Shown here piece by piece: positions 16,089 through 24,236 of a stretch of DNA of 29,840 nucleotides. A program made the translations under genes and the position numbers. The stretch is from a virus (taxonomy: Duplodnaviria > Caudoviricetes), in the IMG/VR virus record IMGVR_UViG_3300012940_000082, positions 1-29,840 of that record; one strand, written 5' to 3'. Every line of letters starts with the position of its first letter. Position 1 is the stretch's first letter. The notes beneath the pieces are model-generated. The model saw only the letters and a list, made by a program, of their open reading frames with translations, did not search any database and was not told where the DNA came from.

Positions 16089-17059
16089 CGGATGACCCTC
16101 AACACTTGCCGGCCGCCGGCCTCCCGCGTCACCGCGACGAGCCCGCGCCGGAACGCCTCGGCGAGCACGGCTTCGAACAGCCCGCCCAGCAGCTTTTCGA
16201 GCTGGTCGACGGACAGCCCCTGGCCGATCCCGGCGAGCAGGTTGTTGATGCCGGCCTCGATCCGCTCCGCCCTGGCTTGCACGGTTGGGCTCCAGATCCG
16301 CTGGAGGATGACGTTCGACTGCCCCCGGGTGACGGATGGTGCCATCCCCGGCCTGGCCTGCACCGGGGCCCGTCGGCTCCGCCAGTAGCGGGCCCACTCC
16401 TCGGCGCCCATGAATCCCGACGACCGGCCCTCGTCGATGGCACGCTGGGCGGACGCCTGGTCCGCCCCGATGCCGAACGTCGCGAAGCGGAGGTCCGTCC
16501 GGCCGGGCCGCTCGACGGCGGCGGGGGCTTGTGGAAACGTTACGTCGGCTTGCGTCGATACTCCGGGAGATCCGACGTAAGCCCCGGACTTCCACGCCCG
16601 CCAGGCCCGGATCGCCTGGGCCTGGACCCACGCGACGCCCTTGGGGGAGAGCCCCACGACATCGTAGCTCTTGCCCCGCCTGGCGTGGTAGGCGAGCACC
16701 TTCCCCCACTGGTCGCCCGTCCACGGGTCGTAGCGCCAGAAGAACTCGGCGTACTCCGTGTGGGCCTTGCCGGCGAGCAGCGACCGCGTGCGGGACAACC
16801 CCCGGCCCGGCATCAGGTACGGCGCCCTGGGGTCTCCCCTGCCGCTCGGCGTCATCTCGGAGCGGCGGTGCTTGCGGGTCGCCTCGGCGATCCCGGGCAG
16901 CGGCTCGCCCCGCGCGTTGAGGCCGCGGGAGAGCTCGAAGTCCTTCCGGCGCAGGCCGTAGTCGACCACGGCTTGCCAGAACCTCAGCCGCGAGTCCATC
17001 GGCTCGCGGGAGAGGCCGGGCGGGGCGATGCCCTTGATGATGTAGTAAGACGTCGCCAT
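16085..17059 (-). CDS. Virion morphogenesis-like paralogue with C-terminal extension (324 aa)
   Basis: N-terminal half aligns by eye with the downstream gene (GLNARGEPL, LMPGRGLSR, AYHARRG..YDVVGLSPKG). Confidence 0.65.
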   Translation of the reverse strand: MATSYYIIKGIAPPGLSREPMDSRLRFWQAVVDYGLRRKDFELSRGLNARGEPLPGIAEATRKHRRSEMTPSGRGDPRAPYLMPGRGLSRTRSLLAGKAHTEYAEFFWRYDPWTGDQWGKVLAYHARRGKSYDVVGLSPKGVAWVQAQAIRAWRAWKSGAYVGSPGVSTQADVTFPQAPAAVERPGRTDLRFATFGIGADQASAQRAIDEGRSSGFMGAEEWARYWRSRRAPVQARPGMAPSVTRGQSNVILQRIWSPTVQARAERIEAGINNLLAGIGQGLSVDQLEKLLGGLFEAVLAEAFRRGLVAVTREAGGRQVLRVIR

Positions 17060-17063
17060 GAGG

Positions 17064-17171
17064 TCAGATCGGCGAGGCGAGCACGAACAGGGCCACGACG
17101 GCGACGACGGCCGCGACGTAGGCGACGACCAGGGCGGCGAACTGGAGCTGGAGCCGGCGGTCCTCGGTCAT
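17064..17171 (-). CDS. Single-TM micropeptide (35 aa)
   Basis: ATGA-coupled, GGAGG upstream; MTEDRRLQLQFAALVVAYVAAVVAVVALFVLASPI. Confidence 0.65.
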   Translation of the reverse strand: MTEDRRLQLQFAALVVAYVAAVVAVVALFVLASPI

Positions 17172-17470
17172 CCCACCGCCTCCGGGTCGATCGCTTCCAA
17201 CTCGAAGTCGTAATGCTGCGTGGTCGAGCGGTTGTCGGGCCACGACACGTCGTAGAGCGTCGAGCCGGGCCGGGCGGTGATGCAGGTGACGAAGCCCCGC
17301 ACCATCGGGTCGCCGCCCTTGAGCCGCACCGTCTCGCCCCAGGCGTAGGCCACGACGATGCACTTCACGGCCTCTCCGTCCGGCGTCTCGTCGGGCACGG
17401 CGCGGAGCTCCTTGTCGCGGTAGTCGTTGCGGTCCCGGAAGTAGCGGATGACGTCCTCGCGGCCGGCCAT
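17168..17470 (-). CDS. Hypothetical protein, SH3/KOW-like (100 aa)
   Basis: GGAG RBS; WGETVRL...GFVT...YDVSWP...HYDFELE. Confidence 0.75.
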   Translation of the reverse strand: MAGREDVIRYFRDRNDYRDKELRAVPDETPDGEAVKCIVVAYAWGETVRLKGGDPMVRGFVTCITARPGSTLYDVSWPDNRSTTQHYDFELEAIDPEAVG

Positions 17471-17474
17471 CGGC

Positions 17475-17753
17475 TCACTCCTTCTTGGGCTTCGGCGTCT
17501 CGACGACCGTCAGCTCGGCGATCGGGTGGACCGACTCCACCCGGGACTTCGGCCAGGTGACGTAGGCCTTCTCGACGCTCCCCGTCTTGACGCCCTTCGC
17601 GTCGAAGGCGTCCTCGCCGTACCCGTAGATCACCCGGCCGAGCTCGCCGGGGCGGCTCTCGTGCGTCACGAAGTCGCCCGGCTCGACCTTGGCGGCCTCG
17701 GCCTTGGCGGGGGCCTTTTCTGCGGCCTTCTCGGACTTGGTCTCGTCGCTCAT
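17475..17753 (-). CDS. Hypothetical protein, SH3/KOW-like (92 aa)
   Basis: GAGG RBS; PGDFVTH...GRVI...YVTWP...HPIAELT. Confidence 0.8.
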   Translation of the reverse strand: MSDETKSEKAAEKAPAKAEAAKVEPGDFVTHESRPGELGRVIYGYGEDAFDAKGVKTGSVEKAYVTWPKSRVESVHPIAELTVVETPKPKKE

Positions 17754-17766
17754 CGTGGCCCCTCGC

Positions 17767-18747
17767 TCAGGCGTAGGTGAAGGCGAAGTCGGTCCCGGCG
17801 TCGTCGAGGATCGTGATGGTCCCCGTCCAGCGGTACGCGTTGTCGAGGGGCAGGTCCTCGTTCATCTCCGTCCACCGCCCCTTGGTGCCGAAGTCCATCG
17901 TCAGCGTGTTCGTCCCGTTGGCGAGCGTCAGCTCCACGTCGAGCGCGGTCAGGGCCCGGAACGACGCCAGGTCGTCGGGCGTCGGCTTGCGGTACAGGCC
18001 CACCTCGATGGTGATGGTCCGGCCGTAGAAGCCGATCATCAGGGGGTAGCGGCTCTCCCAGTTCAGCACCTGGAGCGTGTTGGTGAAGGTGACGTTGACC
18101 ATGTCGAACAGGGTGCGGGAGCTCCCGATCTTGAGCCCGCCGGCGAGGTGCGAGAACAACCAGGGGCCGCACGGGTAGTCGGTCCCGGCGGGCTCGGGGA
18201 ACTCCGTGGCGTCGGGGTCGGCCACCGTGCCCGCGGCGTTGGTGTCGTCGCGGATGCCGACCACGCCCGCGCTGAACGCGACGGCCGGGCTCTGGCGGCT
18301 CATCTGGAGCGCGAACGACTGGGCCTTGAGGCCCGACGCCCGACGCCGCTTGAGGGTCGACGCCTCCAGGACGGCGCGGTAGCCGCTGATGCTCGCCAGG
18401 TCGCCCACGGGCATGACGCCGGTCGAGTCGGTCGTCGTCCAGGGCGTCGTGCGGGCCGAGTTGATCCGGGTCGTCGCCCAGTCCATCAGGAACTTGGTCT
18501 GCACGGGGTAGAGCATCCCCTGCAGGTTGCCGCTCATCGCGTAGGTGTCCGCGTAGATGCAGGCGGGCGAATTGTAGCCGCCGCCGCCGGGGATGACCTG
18601 CGTCACCGGCTTCATCAGCGGGGTGAACTGGTTCGCCCCGTCGAGCCTCGGCACGATGGCGTTGGTGTTGAGCGTGCGGTCCCCGACGGCGATCGGGACG
18701 CCGAAGGACGTCTCCTGACGGAGCTCCACGAAATGGCGTGCGGGCAT
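17767..18747 (-). CDS. Major tail tube protein (326 aa)
   Basis: N-terminal ELRQETSFG motif, Thr-rich beta composition, position after head-tail genes. Confidence 0.75.
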   Translation of the reverse strand: MPARHFVELRQETSFGVPIAVGDRTLNTNAIVPRLDGANQFTPLMKPVTQVIPGGGGYNSPACIYADTYAMSGNLQGMLYPVQTKFLMDWATTRINSARTTPWTTTDSTGVMPVGDLASISGYRAVLEASTLKRRRASGLKAQSFALQMSRQSPAVAFSAGVVGIRDDTNAAGTVADPDATEFPEPAGTDYPCGPWLFSHLAGGLKIGSSRTLFDMVNVTFTNTLQVLNWESRYPLMIGFYGRTITIEVGLYRKPTPDDLASFRALTALDVELTLANGTNTLTMDFGTKGRWTEMNEDLPLDNAYRWTGTITILDDAGTDFAFTYA

Positions 18748-18765
18748 GGCGGGGGATACCTCGTG

Positions 18766-19266
18766 TCAGGAGTTGATGGGGCGGATGCAGGCGATGCTCA
18801 TCGCGCCGGTCGCGTAGAGGACGGCGGGCTGGCCGCCCGGCCCGTCGGCGGCGACGACCTGGGCGGGCCGCGGGAAGGTGATCTCGCCCGTCTCGGCCCC
18901 GGCGTCGCGGAGCTGCTGCTCGAAGGCCAGCTGCTTGTCGCGGGCGTCCTTGGGGTAGATCGCCCGCTCGATCGCCCCCCAGAGGTCGAAGTAGTTGGTG
19001 GCGTCGGAGTCGTTCGGGAGGTAGATCCGCACCTCGATGCCGAGGGTCGTCCTCCAGGCGTCCACGGCGAACCGCTCGTTGGAGTCGAACTGCGGGATCA
19101 GGACGACCAGCGGGCGGTCGTTGGCGACGGGGGCGTTGTCCTTGTCGGCGCCGTCCCAGCATCGCCATTCGACGCGACGGCCGATGTCCGGGTCGGTCTT
19201 GTGCTGGGCCACTATCCGCTTGTAGACCAGCGACCGGGGGTCTACGGGGATGCCTTCGATCGCCAT
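18766..19266 (-). CDS. Tail terminator-like protein (166 aa)
   Basis: Size and position just upstream of tail tube; RPLVVLIP, IEVRIY pattern. Confidence 0.6.
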   Translation of the reverse strand: MAIEGIPVDPRSLVYKRIVAQHKTDPDIGRRVEWRCWDGADKDNAPVANDRPLVVLIPQFDSNERFAVDAWRTTLGIEVRIYLPNDSDATNYFDLWGAIERAIYPKDARDKQLAFEQQLRDAGAETGEITFPRPAQVVAADGPGGQPAVLYATGAMSIACIRPINS

Positions 19267-19267
19267 G

Positions 19268-20128
19268 TCAGTAGCGGAGCCTCCGTCGCGCGGAGCCGAG
19301 CGGGATCGGCGAGAGGTCGGAGCCGGGGAACCGGGCGGTGGCGAGGATGAGCTCAGCCTCGGCCCGCGCCTGGTACTTCCCGCCCTCGGCGATGAAGTCC
19401 ACGGGGGCGTTGGTCATGCCCACGGCCCGACGGTAGAGCACGGCGAGCGTGCGGTAGACGCTGGCGCGGACGATCCGCATGCCGTCGGGCGTCGTCAGCT
19501 CCAGCGACCCGGAGCCCAGGGCCTCGGCGTAGCGGGCGGGGTCGCTCGGGCCCCAGTCCCAGCCCCACTCGTAGGACCGCAGCCGGTTGACCCCGCGCGT
19601 CGGGACGGCGGAGAGGATGGCGGCGTCGATCCAGTCGCGGGCGTCGGCCGCGACGTCGGCGAACCCCGTCTCGTCGTGCAGGTGGTCGGACAGGCGGTCG
19701 GCGAAGGAGCACTCGTCGCAGAGCTGCTTGTAGGTGTGGTAGGCGGGGCGTGCGAGGGAGGCCCCCGGGCCGTCCCGCAGCTCAACAGCGAACTCGACCA
19801 GCAGGGCGGAGAGGTCCGCCAGCTGGGTCCGGGCCCGGTAGGTCCCGGCGTCGAGGGCGTCGAACGACGCTCGCGGGAACTGCGTCAGGGCGTGCGGGTC
19901 GTTCGTGTCGAACGGCGTGTCGTCGTCGGGGCCGGCCAGCTCCGCCGGCAGCGTGGCGACGACGGCCCGGTCGGAGCCCGGCCAGACCTCGCACGTCAGC
20001 GGCTCGGTGCCGTCCAGCATCCCCGCGGCGGGCGAGTAGCCGCCGTTGCGGTCCGGGGCCATGATGCGGAATCGGACGGGCGACCCGTCGACCCCCTTGG
20101 CGACCTGGATGGTGAGCATCGCGTCCAC
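19268..20128 (-). CDS. Head-tail adaptor-like protein with N-terminal beta-sandwich domain (286 aa)
   Basis: GTG start; C-terminal PAYHTYKQL...ADARDWIDAAI...RASVYRTLAVLY resembles helical adaptor pattern; position after capsid genes. Confidence 0.6.
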   Translation of the reverse strand: MDAMLTIQVAKGVDGSPVRFRIMAPDRNGGYSPAAGMLDGTEPLTCEVWPGSDRAVVATLPAELAGPDDDTPFDTNDPHALTQFPRASFDALDAGTYRARTQLADLSALLVEFAVELRDGPGASLARPAYHTYKQLCDECSFADRLSDHLHDETGFADVAADARDWIDAAILSAVPTRGVNRLRSYEWGWDWGPSDPARYAEALGSGSLELTTPDGMRIVRASVYRTLAVLYRRAVGMTNAPVDFIAEGGKYQARAEAELILATARFPGSDLSPIPLGSARRRLRY

Positions 20129-20143
20129 CTGGATCGTGGAGGG

Positions 20144-20170
20144 GCCCCGGCGCGGGCTTCGCGCCGGGGC
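20144..20170 (-). terminator. GC-rich hairpin after capsid/decoration genes (terminator or mRNA-stabilising stem)
   Basis: Perfect 11-bp stem GCCCCGGCGCG/CGCGCCGGGGC, 5-nt loop, no U tract. Confidence 0.55.
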
Positions 20171-20177
20171 GTGAGGG

Positions 20178-20927
20178 TCAGCCGCCGGTGGAGTTCATGG
20201 CGGCGTAGACGTAGTCGACGGACAGGGTCTCGGCCGAGGCCGAGCCCGCCTTGACGCCGATCACGGGGTACATCGCGGCGAGGGAGGCGAAGGGGACCTG
20301 GTGGACCCCCACGCCCTTGCCGAGCTGCTCGGGCTGGTACAGGACGCCGGCCGTCTCGTCCTTGACCCAGAACCGCACGATGCAGGTCGTCGAGTCGTTG
20401 ACGTTGACGTCGATCGAGACCGTGTACGTCGAGCCGGAGGTGAACGCGCAGAGCGTCGCGTCCTTGGTCTGGGCCGTGCCGTTGGAGGTGGCGGCGAGCA
20501 GGCTCGCCCCGCCGTCCTTCTTGTAGATCACGGCCCCGCTGAAGCTGGACGGCACCCCGCCGCCGTCCGCCTGGAGGAAGCCGGCCGTGAGGACGGACGA
20601 CAGGCCCAGGACGAAGTTCGCGGCGTTGGTGGCGGCCTCGGTCAGCTTGAATCGGGCCTGGAAGTTGACCGACGTCCCGGTCTGCGCGCCCGACGCGGCG
20701 GCCAGCTTGAGGATGGGCTGCTGGGTGCTGAGCAGCTGGTAGTCGTTGTCGGCCCCGGCCGAGGGGATGTTGATCCACCCGCCCGGGAGCGTCGAGCTGA
20801 TCGCGAGCGTGCCCGTGGCCCCGTCGTTGGTCGACAGCCACTGGCCGTTCGTCGCGGCCGCGTCGAGCTTGGTGAAGTGGTCGAAGACGACCGGGACGCC
20901 GGTCGGCACGTTGAAGGGCATCGGCAT
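20178..20927 (-). CDS. Probable capsid decoration / accessory structural protein, concanavalin-like beta sandwich (249 aa)
   Basis: Immediately after major capsid; VFDHF..., FQARFKL, LSVDYV pattern; GAGGT RBS. Confidence 0.65.
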   Translation of the reverse strand: MPMPFNVPTGVPVVFDHFTKLDAAATNGQWLSTNDGATGTLAISSTLPGGWINIPSAGADNDYQLLSTQQPILKLAAASGAQTGTSVNFQARFKLTEAATNAANFVLGLSSVLTAGFLQADGGGVPSSFSGAVIYKKDGGASLLAATSNGTAQTKDATLCAFTSGSTYTVSIDVNVNDSTTCIVRFWVKDETAGVLYQPEQLGKGVGVHQVPFASLAAMYPVIGVKAGSASAETLSVDYVYAAMNSTGG

Positions 20928-20936
20928 CGTGTCACC

Positions 20937-21836
20937 TCAGTTCGTGTAGAGGACGCCGAGCCGCTTGGAATGCTCGGAGAAGACCTTGCCGTCGTGGAGG
21001 ATGAGGCCCCGGACGGCCGAGGCGAACGTGTCCTGGAGGCGGATCGTCTCCACCTCGCGGAACTTGCTGGCGTAGCTGATCGGGCGGCCCTGGCCGAACA
21101 GGTTGGCCGTGACGCCCGCGGCGGGCTTGGGCAGGTTGTTGGACCAGTAGATGTCCATCCCGCCGAGGTTGCCGAGGTAGTTCGCGACCGAGTCCGAGGT
21201 CATCCCCGGCCGGGCCGTGGAGAGGATCGTCCCGGCGACCGGGGCGAGCGCCTTGATGAGCGTCTCGTCCTTGGCGATCCACGCCTTGAAGTCCGGCCCG
21301 ACGATCGCCCACCGGCCTTCGCTGGGGACGTTCATCGCGTCGAGCTTCTGGTTCATCGCCACGACCTGGGCCCAGGTCGTCACGCCCGCCCCGGTGGCGG
21401 CCAGGGTGATCGGCGCGCCGACCGTCCCGATGACGTTGGAGGCGTGGGCGCTCGTGTAGTACGAGAAGATCTTGGTGTCGATCAGCTCGGACAGCGAGAT
21501 CGCCGCCTCGCGGGTGTACGGCTCCTCCAGGGGGAGGTCCGCCTGCGCCTTGTCGAGGTCGTCCAGCATGAACGCGAAATACTCCGCGTCGTTGACGACC
21601 AGCGGCTCCTTGGCCGAGGCGAGCTCCTGGTAGCTGATCGGCTGGCCCTTGGAGTAGGAACCCCAGGAGACCCGGCCGTAGGTGCGGACGTAGACGGTGG
21701 ACCCCGCCCGCTGCACGTCGCCTTCGTAGTCGGTGTTCGCGGCCACCATCATGGCCACGTTGCGCTGGTAGAGCTTCTGGATGACCAGCTTGCTCCACAC
21801 CTCGACGTTGAACGCCGAGAGGATGTTTGTCGGCAT
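20937..21836 (-). CDS. Major capsid protein, P22-coat-like HK97 fold (299 aa)
   Basis: FNVEVWSK, NTDYEGDV..AGSTVYV, F.LDDLDKAQ, LDAMNVPSEGRWAIVGP, VETIRLQDTFASAVRGL. Confidence 0.92.
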   Translation of the reverse strand: MPTNILSAFNVEVWSKLVIQKLYQRNVAMMVAANTDYEGDVQRAGSTVYVRTYGRVSWGSYSKGQPISYQELASAKEPLVVNDAEYFAFMLDDLDKAQADLPLEEPYTREAAISLSELIDTKIFSYYTSAHASNVIGTVGAPITLAATGAGVTTWAQVVAMNQKLDAMNVPSEGRWAIVGPDFKAWIAKDETLIKALAPVAGTILSTARPGMTSDSVANYLGNLGGMDIYWSNNLPKPAAGVTANLFGQGRPISYASKFREVETIRLQDTFASAVRGLILHDGKVFSEHSKRLGVLYTN

Positions 21837-21853
21837 TTCCTGGACCCCGTGGC

Positions 21854-22447
21854 TCAGGCGATGCGGAACGCGTCCCCGGTGGGTGACGTGATCTCGACCG
21901 CCTTCCCGGGTGCCGCCCCGCGGTCGCTCGCCGGGCCGGGAGGCCTGGGAGTGGGGGTGGGCTTGCCGTCACCGCCGGCTGCGGGCTCGAGCCCGTCCGG
22001 GCCCTTTTTGAGGTAAGGCTTCTCGGCGATCAGCCGGTCGACCTCGGCCCCGACTTTGGATTCGTCGATGGACGCGTCGTCGCCCCATTCGACCCGCTCG
22101 AAGGCGTCGGCCAGGGCGTCCTCGCGGACCTTGCCCTTGGCCGCCTTCTCGAAGGCCGCGCGGCGGTCGCGCGAGAGCAGGTCGGCCCGGAGCGTCTTGA
22201 GCTCCTCGGAGTGGCGGCTGGGGGCGTCCTTGACGGCCTGCTCGGCGTCCTTGACGGCCTGCTCCAGCTCCTTGATCCGGTCCTGGGCCTTGCCGAGGTC
22301 GCCGCCGGCCTTCTCCAGGTCGGCGATGCGGCCCTCGGCCTGCTTGAGCTTGGCCAGCGCGTCCCGCTCCCGCTGCTTGCGGCGGACGTTCTCGCCGGTC
22401 AGCTCCTGGATCCGGGAGTTCAGGCTCTTCACGAGTTCGTCGGACAT
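21854..22447 (-). CDS. Capsid scaffolding protein (197 aa)
   Basis: Coiled-coil N-terminus (ELTGENVRRK), EKPYLK motif and Pro/Gly tail; upstream of capsid. Confidence 0.8.
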   Translation of the reverse strand: MSDELVKSLNSRIQELTGENVRRKQRERDALAKLKQAEGRIADLEKAGGDLGKAQDRIKELEQAVKDAEQAVKDAPSRHSEELKTLRADLLSRDRRAAFEKAAKGKVREDALADAFERVEWGDDASIDESKVGAEVDRLIAEKPYLKKGPDGLEPAAGGDGKPTPTPRPPGPASDRGAAPGKAVEITSPTGDAFRIA

Positions 22448-22456
22448 GGCCGGGGC

Positions 22457-22723
22457 TTACTCCTTCTCGCCGCGGTACTCCGCGATCGCGGCCTTGACCG
22501 CCCTCGCGAGGCTCACGGCGTATTCGTCCAGGTCGACGATCCGCGACTCCGTGTGGCCGCACAGCGACCGCTCGACGACGCCCTCGGCGATGGCGACCTC
22601 GACGGGGTCGCCGAGGTCTCGCGCCTGCAGGCACGCGGCGGCCTCGTACTCGTGGGCCTCGACCTTGGGCGCCTTCGGTTCGACCTTGGCGGCCTTCTCG
22701 ATCTCGGTCTTGTCACTGGCCAT
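22457..22723 (-). CDS. Hypothetical head-region protein (88 aa)
   Basis: GGAGG RBS, 11-nt overlap with portal. Confidence 0.75.
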   Translation of the reverse strand: MASDKTEIEKAAKVEPKAPKVEAHEYEAAACLQARDLGDPVEVAIAEGVVERSLCGHTESRIVDLDEYAVSLARAVKAAIAEYRGEKE

Positions 22724-24236
22724 GGCTGGGGCCTCCTGGGGGCTCGGGGTTCGTCGGGGCCGGCGGGGGTTCGGCGGCCCTGAGCTGCTGCTGCTGCTTG
22801 AAACGTCGGTCGGCGGCGGCCTGGGGGCCGAGGTCCATCCGCTTGAGCTCGGCGTTGTCGTCGGCGACCCGCTGGAGGTGCTGGACCGCCTCGTCCCGGC
22901 TCGCGTACCTGAACCGCTCCTGGACGACCATCACGAGCGACTTGGACTCGTCCTGGAGCGACGCCTCGTCGGCCTGCATCTGCTCGAGCGTGGGGTCCTC
23001 GGGGGGCCAGCGGAGCGTGAGGTTGAGGCCCCGCGTCCCGGCCTCGACCGATCCGGCCTGGCCGTAGGCGACGCCCTTGACGGCGAGGATCGCCTCGGCG
23101 AGGTCGGTCTCCCACGCCTTCATCAGCTCGCGACGCTTGTCGGTGTAGTCGACGAGCGGCTGCTGCTCGGCCTTCTGGGACTCGCCGGACGGGAGCGACG
23201 CCTGGTTCATGCGGTAGAGGGTCTGGGGGACGCCCAAGCCCTCCATGACCGTGTCGATCGTCTTCTCGACGTCCAGGTGCCCGCTCTCGACGTCGAGCTG
23301 AGGCTGCGGGAACTCGATCCGGGGCTCCAGGGCCTCGTCGGCGATGTACGGCGGCACGCGGATGAAGTCGCCGGCCTCGTAGTCGGGGTCGGACGGGTTC
23401 CACCCCGCAGGGGCGTTGTAGACGTAGCCGCGCGGGGTGTGGTAGGCGTTCACCGCCGCGTCCATCCGGTCGATCTTCACGTCGATCGCGGCGTTGCGGT
23501 CGGCGAGGAAGCATCCCAGGCCCGGAGGCACCAGCGTGGTCGTCGGCAGCTCGTTGAAGATCAGGCCGAACGGGAGCCGGCCGTAGGGGTTCGGCCCCGA
23601 ACGCGAGGGGACGAACCGGGCCGCCACGCCGCCCGACGTCTGGCCGGGCGTCAGCTTGTCGGTCCAGTAGGTGCGGTAGAACCGGGGCGTCCACCAGGTG
23701 TAGCGGCGCTGCTCGTCGTACACGTCCCGGGTGATCACGTGGGCGACCTTCGTGGGGTCGTCGGGGGCCGGGTAGAGGATCAGCTGCGAGCGGTCCCAGA
23801 GGTAGAGCTTGATCGGCTTGAGCGACGCCCCGCCGAGGTCGGCGACCTGGACCGCCGCGACGCCCAGCAGGGTCGCCATCTCGTCGGCCGCGCCCATGAC
23901 CTGGTCGATCATGTTGTCGCGGTAGACCTCCTCCAGCTCGGCGCTCGCCGCCTCGTCGTCCTCGATCGACCGGGCCGGGCCGGGCGAGTAGGTCATCGAG
24001 CAGAGGATCTTGACCACGCGCCGCGTCAGCGGGTGCGTCTGCCGGGGCCGCGACTCCCACTGGGCCCGCGACTCGCCCCGCCGGAACGGGACGCGGTCGC
24101 CGCCGCGCAGGTGGAAGTAGTCGAGCGCGCGGAGGTCGTCCGCGATCCGCTCGGACTCCGCGGGGAAGCCCGCGAGGGCCGCCTCGTGGATCTTGCGGTC
24201 CTGCTCGGTCCATTCGTACTGCGGGGCGTCAGCCAA
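22713..24236 (-). CDS. Portal protein, SPP1 gp6-like (507 aa)
   Basis: ALDYF, PLTRRVV, NPYGRLPF, PSGESQK, LRWP motifs; follows terL; TTG start after GGAGG. Confidence 0.88.
   Translation of the reverse strand: MADAPQYEWTEQDRKIHEAALAGFPAESERIADDLRALDYFHLRGGDRVPFRRGESRAQWESRPRQTHPLTRRVVKILCSMTYSPGPARSIEDDEAASAELEEVYRDNMIDQVMGAADEMATLLGVAAVQVADLGGASLKPIKLYLWDRSQLILYPAPDDPTKVAHVITRDVYDEQRRYTWWTPRFYRTYWTDKLTPGQTSGGVAARFVPSRSGPNPYGRLPFGLIFNELPTTTLVPPGLGCFLADRNAAIDVKIDRMDAAVNAYHTPRGYVYNAPAGWNPSDPDYEAGDFIRVPPYIADEALEPRIEFPQPQLDVESGHLDVEKTIDTVMEGLGVPQTLYRMNQASLPSGESQKAEQQPLVDYTDKRRELMKAWETDLAEAILAVKGVAYGQAGSVEAGTRGLNLTLRWPPEDPTLEQMQADEASLQDESKSLVMVVQERFRYASRDEAVQHLQRVADDNAELKRMDLGPQAAADRRFKQQQQLRAAEPPPAPTNPEPPGGPSHGQ

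Noticed and set aside
21995-22015. C-AAA-AAG slippery-like site in the scaffold gene; the -1 frame is the capsid frame
   Set aside because: The -1 frame stops at TGA 21971-21969 before reaching the capsid gene, and the heptamer is imperfect, so no scaffold-capsid fusion.
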